A DNA stretch of 64,000 nucleotides, taken from NCBI GenBank assembly GCA_019244185.1, contig JAFATB010000015.1:25109-89108 (forward strand), read 5' to 3'. Position numbers and translations under genes: made by a program. The notes beneath the pieces are model-generated. The model searched no databases. It saw only the letters and a list, made by a program, of their open reading frames with translations, and was not told the DNA's origin. Positions 22,282 to 31,507 of the stretch are shown here, piece after piece; the first letter of the stretch is position 1, and every line of letters starts with the position of its first letter. This DNA comes from Acidobacteriota bacterium. Its GTDB lineage: Bacteria; Acidobacteriota; Thermoanaerobaculia; Gp7-AA8.

Positions 22282-23058
22282 TTACCGTTTCACTTTGTCA
22301 CGATCGAGCCTCCGCCGCGCGTACGGCACGGTGGCGCGGTCGAAGAGCGCGTCGGGCAGCACGCGCAGCAGGCGCACGAGGAGCGACATCGGACGCGGGA
22401 ACTCGATGACGCGCTTTCCCTTCGCGAGACCGTTCGCGATCGCGAGCGCGGCATCGTCGGCGTTCATGAGGAACGGCATGCGGAAGCGGTTCTTCTCCGT
22501 CATCGGCGTGGCCACGAAACCGGGATTCACGATCGCGACGCGCACGCCGTACGGCCGCAGCTCCACGCGCGCGGCCTCGAGGAAGTTCTGCATCGCGGCT
22601 TTGCTCGCCGAATACGAGCCCGCGCCCGGCAGTCCACGCAGACCGGCGAGCGACGCGACGCCGGCGAACGTGCCCGTGCGGCGCTCCATCATCGAGCGGA
22701 TCACGGCGTCGTAGAGATAGAGCATGCCGTGGTAGTTCACGTTCATGATCAGCTCCGCGTCGGCGAGGCTGAACGTCGCCGCGGAGTTGGGAACGCTGAC
22801 GCCGGCGTTCGCGACCGCGAGATCGATCGGACCGAGGTCGCGCTCCGCGCGCGCGACGGCGTCGTGCACGGACGCGCGGTCCGTGACGTCGCACGCGATC
22901 GGCAATGCGCGACCGCCGCGCGCGTTGATGTCGCGGGCGAGCGCGTCGAGCAGTGCCTCGCGGCGCGCGAGCAATGCGACCGCGTAGCCGCGCCGCGCCA
23001 GTTCGCGCGCGAGCGCGTGGCCGATGCCGGAGGACGCACCGGTGAGGACCGCGTTCAT
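22282..23058 (-). CDS. SDR family oxidoreductase
   Basis: TGASSGIG, NAG, YSASK and PGFVAT motifs. Confidence 0.92.
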   Translation of the reverse strand: MNAVLTGASSGIGHALARELARRGYAVALLARREALLDALARDINARGGRALPIACDVTDRASVHDAVARAERDLGPIDLAVANAGVSVPNSAATFSLADAELIMNVNYHGMLYLYDAVIRSMMERRTGTFAGVASLAGLRGLPGAGSYSASKAAMQNFLEAARVELRPYGVRVAIVNPGFVATPMTEKNRFRMPFLMNADDAALAIANGLAKGKRVIEFPRPMSLLVRLLRVLPDALFDRATVPYARRRLDRDKVKR

Positions 23059-24842
23059 TTCAGTTGCGGCAGTTCGACGCCGCCGGTCAGCACCGGCTCG
23101 AAGAGATCGCCGACTTTCGCGAGGCGCTTCGGCATCGTGCGGATCGTGAACTTCAGCGGATCGAGCTTCTTCGTGACCTCGCTCCACTTGAGCGGCGCGG
23201 AGACCGGCGCGCCGTCGATCGCGCGCGGCGAGTACGGCGCGACGACGGTCTTGCCGTAGCCGTTCTGCATGCAGTCGAGATAGAGCCGCCCGCGCCGTTT
23301 GGCGAGACTGCGCTCGACGGTGATGCCGGGGACGCGCGCCGCGACGGCCGCGGCGATCGAGCACGCAAAGTCCGCGACCTCTTCGTGCGTGTAGCCGCTC
23401 GCGAGCGGGATCAGCACGTGGATGCCGCGTTTGCCCGAGGTCTTCGGCACGCTCGGCAGCTCGAGGTTCTCGAGCAGCTTGCGCATCACGATCGCGGCGT
23501 CGAGCGCCTGCTCGAAACCCTTCCCTTTCGCGGGATCGAGATCGAACAGCAGCCAGTCCGGCTCGTCGAGACTCGCGCCGCGCGACGACCACATGTGCAC
23601 CGTCAGCACCGACATCTGCGCGAGCCAGCGCAGCGCTTCCACGCTGTCGACGACGAGATGCTTCACGGTCTGGCGGCTCACCGTGCGCGTCGGCGTCTCG
23701 ATGACGGTCAGCCAGTCCGCGCCTTCCTTGCCGATGTTCTGGTGGAACCACGACGGGCGGTCGATGCCCTGGTTCCAGTGCTCGAGCGCGAGCGGGCGGT
23801 CGGCGAGCGCGCGCAACATCGGCTCGGCGACGGCCTCGTAGTAGTCGGCGATGTGCTGCTTGGTGATGCCGTCGCGCGGATAGAGCACGCGTTCCGGATG
23901 CGAGAGCGTGACTTTCTGCGCCGTTTCCTTGACCACGTCGTTGACCGCCTTGTCTTCGCGGAGGCCGAGGAAGGAAGGATGCCGCAGGCGGTTGTCCGAC
24001 GTCCACTCCGTGAACGCGACCTGCGCCACGAGCCGCGGCTTCACCCACGTCGCGGTCTTGATGCGTGGCGCGTCGACGACGGGCGCTTTCGCGACGATGT
24101 CCTTCGCGAGCTGCTCGCGCAGTTGCGCGCGCAGCTTCAGCGAGAAGCCGGTGCCCACTTTGCCCGCGTAGCGCAGCACGCCTTTGTCGTTGAAGCCGAG
24201 ATGCAGCGAGCCGATCTCGCGCTCGCTGGCGGTGCTCGGCTGCCAGCCGACGATCGCGAATTCCTGCTGATGCAGCGTCTTCACCTTCAGCCACTCTTTC
24301 GAGCGGCGGCCTTCGTACTTCGACGTGTTGCGTTTGGCGATGATCCCTTCCCACCCGCCCGACGCCGCTTTCTGCAGCGCCTTCGTGCCGGTCATGGCGA
24401 GTTTCTCCGCGAGCGCGATGCCGGCGGGCGGTTTCGCGAAGAGTTTCTCGAGCAGCGCGCGGCGCTCTTCGTACGCGCGCTTGCGGAGGTCTTCGCCGTC
24501 GAGCCAGAGGATGTCGAAGATCACGAGGCGTTCGTTGCCGCCCTGCTGCAGCAGCTGAAACCGCGGCGCGCCTTTCGCGTCGAGGACGACGACCTCGCCG
24601 TCGAGGACGATCTCCTTCGACTTGATCTTCTGCAGCGCGGCGAAGGTGCGCGGGAAGCGCGGCGCGAGATCGAGCTCGTTGCGGCTGAGCATCGCGGCCT
24701 CGCCGCCGGCGATGGCGCAGACGGCGCGGAAGCCGTCGTATTTCAGTTCGTACGACCACGAGCCGTCGTCCGGCGGCGGCGCTTCGGCGAGCGTCGCGAG
24801 CATCGGCGGGAACACGCGTTTCAAGAGCTGGCGCGGCGTCAT
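23055..24842 (-). CDS. ligD: NHEJ DNA ligase D (ligase + primase/polymerase domains, no phosphoesterase domain)
   Basis: ELKYDGFR, LDGEVV, EGIIAK, WLKVK and LRHPSF ligase motifs; then LSHPERVLYP, FDLDP, KTSGKRGIHV and YSPRA polymerase motifs. Confidence 0.93.
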   Translation of the reverse strand: MTPRQLLKRVFPPMLATLAEAPPPDDGSWSYELKYDGFRAVCAIAGGEAAMLSRNELDLAPRFPRTFAALQKIKSKEIVLDGEVVVLDAKGAPRFQLLQQGGNERLVIFDILWLDGEDLRKRAYEERRALLEKLFAKPPAGIALAEKLAMTGTKALQKAASGGWEGIIAKRNTSKYEGRRSKEWLKVKTLHQQEFAIVGWQPSTASEREIGSLHLGFNDKGVLRYAGKVGTGFSLKLRAQLREQLAKDIVAKAPVVDAPRIKTATWVKPRLVAQVAFTEWTSDNRLRHPSFLGLREDKAVNDVVKETAQKVTLSHPERVLYPRDGITKQHIADYYEAVAEPMLRALADRPLALEHWNQGIDRPSWFHQNIGKEGADWLTVIETPTRTVSRQTVKHLVVDSVEALRWLAQMSVLTVHMWSSRGASLDEPDWLLFDLDPAKGKGFEQALDAAIVMRKLLENLELPSVPKTSGKRGIHVLIPLASGYTHEEVADFACSIAAAVAARVPGITVERSLAKRRGRLYLDCMQNGYGKTVVAPYSPRAIDGAPVSAPLKWSEVTKKLDPLKFTIRTMPKRLAKVGDLFEPVLTGGVELPQLK

Positions 24843-25285
24843 GTGGCAGCGATGATCGGCGGAAGCGGCGCGATGACGCGCACTTCGTCGAATCCCTCCT
24901 CGAATGTCGGCGGTACGAGCTTGCGGGCGGTGACGTAGACCGCGACGTCCGGCACGCGCGCGTTTCCTTCGCGCAGGCGGTTGCGCGCGACGGCATCTTT
25001 CACGGTCGTCTCGAAAAAGTACGCGACCACGCGCGCGCCGTGGCGTCGGCCGAGCGCGATGAGCGGCGCGCGCACGACGGGCGTCGGATTGGTGTTGTCG
25101 ACGACGACGGAACGTCCCGCCGCGAGCGCGCGCGCGATCTCCTGTTCCTGTCTCCCATCGCGGCTCCGCGCGTGCTTCATCAGATCCTTGCTCACATGCA
25201 CGTGCGTTGCCGCGAAGTGATCGCGGTAGTACGTCGACTTGCCGGCGGCCTGCAGTCCGACGAAGATGACGAGTTCCAACGGCAT
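24839..25285 (-). CDS. P-loop kinase (AAA_33, polynucleotide kinase-like)
   Basis: GLQAAGKST Walker A, VVVDNTN, RNRLR, PTFEEGFD; stop overlaps ligD start (ATGA). Confidence 0.85.
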   Translation of the reverse strand: MPLELVIFVGLQAAGKSTYYRDHFAATHVHVSKDLMKHARSRDGRQEQEIARALAAGRSVVVDNTNPTPVVRAPLIALGRRHGARVVAYFFETTVKDAVARNRLREGNARVPDVAVYVTARKLVPPTFEEGFDEVRVIAPLPPIIAAT

Positions 25286-25294
25286 CACCAAACA

Positions 25295-25540
25295 ATGTCG
25301 CGCTACGTGAAGAAATTCAAATCCCTCGGATCCACGGGCCCCTCCGAAGAGCGAGGCTTCGCGATCTGGGCGGGCTACGATATCGTCGGCGTCGACGACG
25401 ACCTCTCGCTCTACGGCCTGCAGAATGTCGAAACGTGGGACGAAACCCGGCTCGCGGAGCTCGGCGTGACGAAGTTCCTGCGCGTCGAGCCGGACGACGA
25501 GGCGACGTACGCAACGCTGGGGATTCCGAGGACGAGATGA
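25295..25540 (+). CDS. Small hypothetical protein (81 aa)
   Basis: MSRYVKKF...; host-like codons; ATGA overlap with next gene; similar to 26508-26963. Confidence 0.65.
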   Translation: MSRYVKKFKSLGSTGPSEERGFAIWAGYDIVGVDDDLSLYGLQNVETWDETRLAELGVTKFLRVEPDDEATYATLGIPRTR

Positions 25541-25839
25541 CGCACGATACGAAACAGCCGATCGCCATTCCGCTCGAGACGCTGAAGGAGCTGGCCACGA
25601 CGGTCGCCGCGGAGCTTAAGGCGCACGCCGGCGGTGCAAGTGTGGCAAACAGCGGCGGAGGCTCCGCGTATCGCGCGCTGCCTCCGCTCGTGCGCGAGCG
25701 GTTCATCGACGTGCGCGCGGCGCTTTTCCAGCGCGGCATCTACGACCCGGTGCTCGTGCGCTTCGACAGCGCGACCGCGCCGCAGGCGTCGACGGAAGAA
25801 GTGGCGGCGCAACTGGAGCAGGTCGCGGCGGCGCTGTAG
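25537..25839 (+). CDS. Hypothetical helical protein
   Basis: MTHDTKQPIAIPLETLKELA...; coupled start, host-like codons. Confidence 0.65.
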   Translation: MTHDTKQPIAIPLETLKELATTVAAELKAHAGGASVANSGGGSAYRALPPLVRERFIDVRAALFQRGIYDPVLVRFDSATAPQASTEEVAAQLEQVAAAL

Positions 25840-25843
25840 CGTC

Positions 25844-26527
25844 GTGAGCGATCTCCATCGCGACGGCTACACGCTCGCGGACTTTGTGATTCGCGACGTC
25901 GCGCGCATCGCGGCGTCGTTGCCGGACGTCGGCGTACGACGCGGCGGCATTCGCAATCTCGTGCATGCGAACTTCATCGCGGAGCTCTTCGCCGACGAGC
26001 GTCTCGTTCGCGCCGTCACGTCGATCGTTGGCAACGATGCGGTAGCGGTGAAGGCGACGCTGTTCGACAAGACCGCGCGCGCGAACTGGCTCGTGCAGTG
26101 GCATCAGGACCGCGTCGTCGCGGTCCGCGAACGCCGCGAGGCGCCGGGCTTCGGCGCGTGGAGCGTGAAGCACGGCGTCGTGCACGCCGAGCCGCCCGCG
26201 GCGGTGCTCGAGCAGATGCTCGCCGTGCGCGTGCATCTCGACGCGTGCGGCGCGGACAACGGTCCGCTGCGCGTGATCCCGCGCACGCACCGACTCGGCA
26301 AGCTGGCCGATGACGCGATCGCGTCGCTCGTCGCCACGCGCGGTGTCGCGGAGCTCTACGTGCCCGAAGGCGGCGTCGTCTTCATGCGTCCGCTGCTGCT
26401 GCACGCGTCCTCGCCCGCGCGCAACGTGGCGCACCGTCGCGTGCTGCACATCGAAGTCGCGCCGCGCGATGCAATCGCGCCGTTGGAGTGGGCGGCGGCG
26501 GTGGCGATTACGCCAAACGAGATGTGA
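25844..26527 (+). CDS. Phytanoyl-CoA dioxygenase (PhyH) family Fe(II)/2OG enzyme
   Basis: WHQD, HLD...NGPLRVIP, LLLHAS and RRVLH motifs. Confidence 0.9.
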   Translation: MSDLHRDGYTLADFVIRDVARIAASLPDVGVRRGGIRNLVHANFIAELFADERLVRAVTSIVGNDAVAVKATLFDKTARANWLVQWHQDRVVAVRERREAPGFGAWSVKHGVVHAEPPAAVLEQMLAVRVHLDACGADNGPLRVIPRTHRLGKLADDAIASLVATRGVAELYVPEGGVVFMRPLLLHASSPARNVAHRRVLHIEVAPRDAIAPLEWAAAVAITPNEM

Positions 26528-26963
26528 TCCGCAGGTAGCACTCCTCGCCGCCCACCACCTCCACCCGCCCGTCCTCTTCCCACACGCGGAAACGCGCCTG
26601 CACGCGCGGGTCGCGAAGCTGGGTGTCGTCGGCGAAGAACGCGAGGAGCGTCGAGCGCGGGACCGTCGTCACGCCGCGGGCGCGGATGCGCTCCATACCG
26701 ACCAGCAGCGCGTCGAGGCGATAGTCAATGTCTTGATCTTCGAGCGTCTGCGCGGACGGTGAGCCGGCCACGGCGGCGCCGAGGCCGAGAAAGTTCTCGA
26801 ACGGCATCGGGCGGAACTCTTTGACGCCGCGCGCGCGGAGCTCATCGTCGGTCAGGTTGTCCGCGAGCAGGAGACCGGGCACCTCGGTGCCGACGCCGTC
26901 GATCTCCCATCCGATCCAGCGCTCCTTGCCGAGGAGCGCGATGCGCTGGAGATAGCGAGTCAT
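26508..26963 (-). CDS. Hypothetical protein
   Basis: 151-aa ORF with host-like codons; N-terminal half similar to 25295-25540. Confidence 0.65.
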   Translation of the reverse strand: MTRYLQRIALLGKERWIGWEIDGVGTEVPGLLLADNLTDDELRARGVKEFRPMPFENFLGLGAAVAGSPSAQTLEDQDIDYRLDALLVGMERIRARGVTTVPRSTLLAFFADDTQLRDPRVQARFRVWEEDGRVEVVGGEECYLRITSRLA

Positions 26964-27044
26964 GTCATGAATCCGTCACTGTCTTGTAGCACATTGTCCT
27001 GCGCGCCCACTGCTACTCTGCGCTTCGCAGGGCTTCACCAAAAC

Positions 27045-27821
27045 ATGTTCGAAACGGTCGTCCCGGAAACGGTGGCGCCACGGAGCCGAAGGCTTTTCTA
27101 CGAGACTCTTCCGCTCGCGGTCGCCCTTCACGTCTTCGCCGTCGGCGGCGGAGTCATCGCCAACGTCTGGCACGTTGCGTTCCCGTCGCAGTCGCCGAAG
27201 CTCTTCGCGGCGTACTCGCTCGTCGAGCCGCCGCCCCCGCCGCCTCCTCCCCCGCCGCCGCCCCGTCCCGCGGCAACCGTGACGCAGGTCAAGCCGGTGC
27301 CGCAGATGCCGCTCGTCGCGCCGACGGTCATCCCCGACGTCGTGCCGGTCGTGAACAACGATCCGCCGCCGCCCGCGCCGCAGACGGAAGGCGGTGTGGA
27401 AGGAGGCGTGGAGGGAGGGATCGAAGGGGGGATCGTCGGCGGCGACATCCACAGCGTCCCGACGCCCGAGCCTCCGCCGCCGCCTCCACCGCCGAAGCCG
27501 GAGCCGGAGAACGTCGTCATCGCGCGCGACGAGCCGCTGCCGGTGCAGTCGATCGATCAGGAGTTCCCGCCGTATCCGCAGGACGCGCTGCTCGTCGGCT
27601 GGGAAGACCAGCTCGTCGTGCAGTACACGATCAACAAGGACGGCACGGTTTCGAAGATCTCGGTGATCACGCCGCCGCAGCGCGACGAGTTCACGCGCAC
27701 GACGCTCAAGACGATGCGGCACTGGAAGTTCAAGCCGTACTTTGGCCGCGACGGACAGGCGCGCGAGATCACGCACCAGCTCACGATCCAGTTCAAGATC
27801 GCGCACGTGCAGCCTCACTGA
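27045..27821 (+). CDS. Energy transducer TonB
   Basis: N-terminal TM with His, poly-Pro runs, (EGGV/I)n repeats, PPYP...INKDGTV...WKFKP TonB_C domain. Confidence 0.88.
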   Translation: MFETVVPETVAPRSRRLFYETLPLAVALHVFAVGGGVIANVWHVAFPSQSPKLFAAYSLVEPPPPPPPPPPPPRPAATVTQVKPVPQMPLVAPTVIPDVVPVVNNDPPPPAPQTEGGVEGGVEGGIEGGIVGGDIHSVPTPEPPPPPPPPKPEPENVVIARDEPLPVQSIDQEFPPYPQDALLVGWEDQLVVQYTINKDGTVSKISVITPPQRDEFTRTTLKTMRHWKFKPYFGRDGQAREITHQLTIQFKIAHVQPH

Positions 27822-27852
27822 GCCGCCGGCCGCCACCGCGATCGTTTGCAAG

Positions 27853-27867
27853 CGGCGCAATCCTTGC
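27853..27867 (+). promoter_or_regulatory. Sigma54-type -24/-12 promoter upstream of the PafA-like gene
   Basis: CGGCGC-AATCC-TTGC, GG-N10-GC spacing. Confidence 0.55.
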
Positions 27868-27921
27868 TCCCTTCGCTCTCCGTCCGTGGTCGCCGAATTT
27901 CCCTATCGCACGCAGCTCGCC

Positions 27922-29268
27922 ATGCCCGTGATCGGGCTCGAGTCCGAGTTCCAGGTGTACGTCGACGAGCAGGTCGTGGTGCCCGAGGAGTACTGGCGGG
28001 CGCCGTCGGCATTCATCGACCGGCCGCTGCTGTATCGCAGCTCGAAAGCGTCGCAGCTGCCGACGGGCGGCGCGGTGTACTTCGACGGCGGCGTGCTCGA
28101 AGTCGTGACGCCGGTGATCGAGCTCGGCTCGCAGAGCACGGCGCGCGTGGTGCGCAGTCTGTGGGAGCAGATCGGCTTCATCCGCGGGCAGCTCGACCGC
28201 TGGCAGCAGCGCCACGGCAAACGCGTGCGGCTGCAGGCGTACAGCTGTCACTTCAACATCTCGTACGAGCTCGCGCGCGGCGAGCGCAACCGCAACCGCA
28301 CGATTCAGAAGCTCGCGCTGCTGCTCGCGCATCTGTTGCCGGCGGCGGTGCTCGTCGCGGGGACGAACCGGCGTTCGACGGGACTCGGCGTGCGGCCGCG
28401 GCGCGACCGCATCGAGATCACGCTCGACTTCATCCCTGACCCGGGGCTGATGGCGGCGACGACCGCGCTCATCGTCGGCATCGTGCGCGAGGTCATCGGC
28501 TGGCCGTCGTATCGCGTCGAGGAGCTCGCGGCGCGCGGCATTCCGGCCATCGCGGACGTCGAGCCGGGCAAGCACGCGACGCGCAACGGCTGGGTCGCGC
28601 GCGACTTTCACTTCCCGCACAACCCGTTCACGACCAGCGCCGACGCGCGCGTCTGGACGACGATCGACGGACGCACGCTCTCGCTGCGGGACATCGCGCT
28701 CGAAACGGCGTCGGCGTTCCGCGATTCGATCCAGCGTTACGCCGACGCGTTCAGCGTGCGGCTGCTCTTCGCGGTGCTGCGCGGCGAGATGCCGTCGTTG
28801 CTCGATCTCGACGATCGTCCGCCGGCGTACGACGACATCGGCCACGTCGCGCGCTGGGGCGAGGCGCTGCCGGAGCTTGCGAATTACTCCGGCGCCATGC
28901 GTGATGAGGAAGACGCTGCGCCGCTACGCCGTCGCGCCGACGTCGAAGAGAAGCTCGCGCCGCCGTGGCGTGGCGAAGGCGTCGACCGGCGCCACCGCGT
29001 GCAGATGCCGCCGCGCGTCGAACGTCGCGACAAGAACGAGCGCCGCACCGAACGCGCGTCAACCACGTCGCCGCGACTCGCGCGCTCCGCCTACGAGCGC
29101 GTCTTCCGGCAGCTCGCGAGTGGCAAACGTCTGCGCGTCGGACGCGAGGTGCTGACGCCGGTCGGCGTGCGCGGCTGGTACCACGCGATCTTCGAGAACG
29201 CGTCGGGCGACGAGCGGATCCTGTCGATCGATCAGGTGCTCGAGCACATGGATCAATGGCGCGAGTAG
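27922..29268 (+). CDS. PafA/Dop-like (PafA2 family) carboxylate-amine ligase-fold protein
   Basis: IGLESEF, LPTGGAVYFDGGVLEVVTP, YSCHFNISY and RIEI correspond to PafA/Dop GxExE, NGxRxYxD..E..TP, GCHENY and RLH motifs; alternative GTG start 27886. Confidence 0.7.
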   Translation: MPVIGLESEFQVYVDEQVVVPEEYWRAPSAFIDRPLLYRSSKASQLPTGGAVYFDGGVLEVVTPVIELGSQSTARVVRSLWEQIGFIRGQLDRWQQRHGKRVRLQAYSCHFNISYELARGERNRNRTIQKLALLLAHLLPAAVLVAGTNRRSTGLGVRPRRDRIEITLDFIPDPGLMAATTALIVGIVREVIGWPSYRVEELAARGIPAIADVEPGKHATRNGWVARDFHFPHNPFTTSADARVWTTIDGRTLSLRDIALETASAFRDSIQRYADAFSVRLLFAVLRGEMPSLLDLDDRPPAYDDIGHVARWGEALPELANYSGAMRDEEDAAPLRRRADVEEKLAPPWRGEGVDRRHRVQMPPRVERRDKNERRTERASTTSPRLARSAYERVFRQLASGKRLRVGREVLTPVGVRGWYHAIFENASGDERILSIDQVLEHMDQWRE

Positions 29269-29273
29269 CGCGC

Positions 29274-29288
29274 TGGCATCGCACTCGC
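29274..29288 (+). promoter_or_regulatory. Sigma54-type -24/-12 promoter candidate
   Basis: TGGCAT-CGCAC-TCGC, GG-N10-GC spacing. Confidence 0.45.
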
Positions 29289-29334
29289 ACTATGCGCGGA
29301 CAGCCCCGGAACATCGGGGAACGCTGGCGACAAG

Positions 29335-29375
29335 GCGCGTCGATATTCGCAAGGCGGTCGACGCGCTTTCTTTTT
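29335..29375 (+). terminator. Intrinsic terminator
   Basis: GCGCGTCGA...TCGACGCGC stem followed by TTTCTTTTT. Confidence 0.8.
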
Positions 29376-29424
29376 GCGCGTTCGTGTTCGTCGGTGCGCG
29401 CGCGGCGTTGTATCCTCCCGCGCC

Positions 29425-30756
29425 ATGGATGACGCTCTCGCCACGCTCTACACCGCGCATGTGACCATCCAGAAACTGCGCTACGACCGCGCGCTCTCCG
29501 AGGCGCACTTCGACAACGCGGTCGTCTTCGCCGGCGCTCTGCACTATCAGTTCGTCGACGACATGTCGTATCCGTTCAAGGTCAATCCGCAGTTCAAGGC
29601 GTGGGCGCCGGTCACCGACAATCCGAACTGCTTCATCGTCTACACGCCGGGCCTCAAGCCGAAGCTGCTCTACTACCAGCCGGTCGATTACTGGCACAAA
29701 GTGGCCGGCACTCCGACCGAGCCGTGGGTGGCGAAGTTCGACCTCATCATGCTCGCCACTCCCGACGACGCGAAGCCACACATGCCGAAAGGCCGCACCG
29801 CGTTCCTCGGCGAATGGGACGAGCGCTTCGCCGCGTGGGGCGACTTCACGCCCAACCCGGAAGCCGTGATCAACAGCCTCGACTTCGACCGCGCGTGGAA
29901 GACCGAATACGAGATCGTCTGCCTGCGCCTCGCCAACGAGCGCGGTGCGCGCGGCCATCGCGCGGCGGAGCAGGCGTTCCGCGACGGACTCTCCGAGTAC
30001 GAGATCCACCTCGCCTATCTGCGCGCCGCCGATCACGTCGACGAAGAGCTCCCCTACGGCAACATCATCGCCCTCAACGAGAGCGCGGCCACGCTCCACT
30101 ACTACCACCACACGCGGCCGCGCTTCGACGAGTCGAAGCTCTACTCGTTCCTCATCGACGCGGGTGCCTCGTACAACGGCTACGCCTCAGACATCACCCG
30201 CACGTACTCGCGGCGGAAGGACGAGTTCCAGTCGCTCATCGACGCGATGGACGTCATGCAGCGCGGCCTCGTCGACGCCGTCGCGCCGGACGTGAATTAC
30301 ATTGATATCCATCTGCTCGCCCATCGCGGCGTCGCGGACCTGCTGCACGAGTTCCGTTTCGTGCGCGACCTCGACGCGGACGGCATCGTCGAGCGCCGCA
30401 TCAGCAGCACGTTCCTCCCCCACGGCGTCGGCCATCTTCTCGGACTGCAGGTCCACGACGTCGGCGGCTTCATGGCCAACCGAAGCGGGAAGACGATCGC
30501 GAAGCCGGACGGTCATCCGTGGCTGCGCCTCACGCGCGTCGTCGAGCCGGGCATGGTCTTCACCATCGAGCCCGGCTTCTACTTCATCGACTCGCTGCTG
30601 GCCGAGCTCAAAGCGAGCGACAACGCGAAGTACATCGACTGGGACCGCATCGACGCGTTCCACAAATACGGCGGCATCCGCATCGAGGACAACGTGCTCG
30701 TCACGGACACGGGCCGCGAGAACATGACGCGGAACGCGTTCGCGCATGTCTCCTGA
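29425..30756 (+). CDS. pepQ: Xaa-Pro dipeptidase (prolidase)
   Basis: YPFKVNPQFKAW, LIDAGA, DITRT, PHGVGHLLGLQVHDV, TIEPG and GIRIED motifs. Confidence 0.95.
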   Translation: MDDALATLYTAHVTIQKLRYDRALSEAHFDNAVVFAGALHYQFVDDMSYPFKVNPQFKAWAPVTDNPNCFIVYTPGLKPKLLYYQPVDYWHKVAGTPTEPWVAKFDLIMLATPDDAKPHMPKGRTAFLGEWDERFAAWGDFTPNPEAVINSLDFDRAWKTEYEIVCLRLANERGARGHRAAEQAFRDGLSEYEIHLAYLRAADHVDEELPYGNIIALNESAATLHYYHHTRPRFDESKLYSFLIDAGASYNGYASDITRTYSRRKDEFQSLIDAMDVMQRGLVDAVAPDVNYIDIHLLAHRGVADLLHEFRFVRDLDADGIVERRISSTFLPHGVGHLLGLQVHDVGGFMANRSGKTIAKPDGHPWLRLTRVVEPGMVFTIEPGFYFIDSLLAELKASDNAKYIDWDRIDAFHKYGGIRIEDNVLVTDTGRENMTRNAFAHVS

Positions 30757-31507
30757 CGCGGCCGGTCTCGCGCTGCACATCGCGCTCTTCGCCGTCGCGG
30801 GCTTCATCGCCCAGATGATCGACGGCACGCTGGGGATGGCGTACGGCGTCTCCGCGACCACGCTCCTGCTCTCGTTCGGCGTGCCGCCCGCGTTCGCGAG
30901 CGCCAGCGTGCACACCGCGGAAGTCGTCACCACGGCCTTCTCGGGCTATCACCACTGGCGCGCCGGCAACGTCCTCGGCACGTTCGTGCGCAAGCTGCTC
31001 GTCCCCGGCGTGCTCGGCGGCATTACCGGCGCGTATCTGCTGACCGCGATTCCGGGCGACGCGATCAAGCCGTTCATCGCCGCATATCTGCTGGTGATGG
31101 GCGTGATCATCCTCGCGAAAGCGTGGCGGCGCTCGGTGCACGTCGGCAGCGAGAAGCATCTCGTTCCGCTCGGTCTCGCCGGCGGTTTCTTCGACGCGAT
31201 CGGCGGCGGCGGATGGGGACCGATCGTCGTCGGGACGCTGCTCGCGCGCGGCAACGAGCCGCGCACGACGATCGGCTCCGTCAACTTCGCGGAGTTCTTC
31301 GTCACTTTCGCCACGTCGGCGACCTTCCTCTTCACGATCGGCATCACGAACTGGCCGGCGATCGTCGGACTCGCGATCGGCGGCGCGATCGCCGCTCCGA
31401 TCGCGGCGCGACTCGCCGGACGCATCCCCGCGCGCCCGATGATGTTCAGCGTCGGCGCGCTCGTGATTTTGCTGAGTATCCGGACGATTTTTCTGGCGCT
31501 GCGCTGA
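30746..31507 (+). CDS. TauE/SafE family membrane exporter
   Basis: IDGTLGMAYGV and DAIGGGGWGP motifs; multi-TM. Confidence 0.9.
   Translation: MSPDAAGLALHIALFAVAGFIAQMIDGTLGMAYGVSATTLLLSFGVPPAFASASVHTAEVVTTAFSGYHHWRAGNVLGTFVRKLLVPGVLGGITGAYLLTAIPGDAIKPFIAAYLLVMGVIILAKAWRRSVHVGSEKHLVPLGLAGGFFDAIGGGGWGPIVVGTLLARGNEPRTTIGSVNFAEFFVTFATSATFLFTIGITNWPAIVGLAIGGAIAAPIAARLAGRIPARPMMFSVGALVILLSIRTIFLALR

Noticed and set aside
27226-27500. CCG-rich and GAAGGnGGn tandem repeats
   Set aside because: They encode the normal poly-Pro and EGGV linker of TonB; not a CRISPR array or DNA-level repeat.
29292-29432. Short ORF MRGQPRNIGERW... after the PafA-like gene as a possible Pup-like modifier
   Set aside because: No RBS, runs through a terminator, is basic rather than acidic, and lacks a C-terminal GGE/GGQ.
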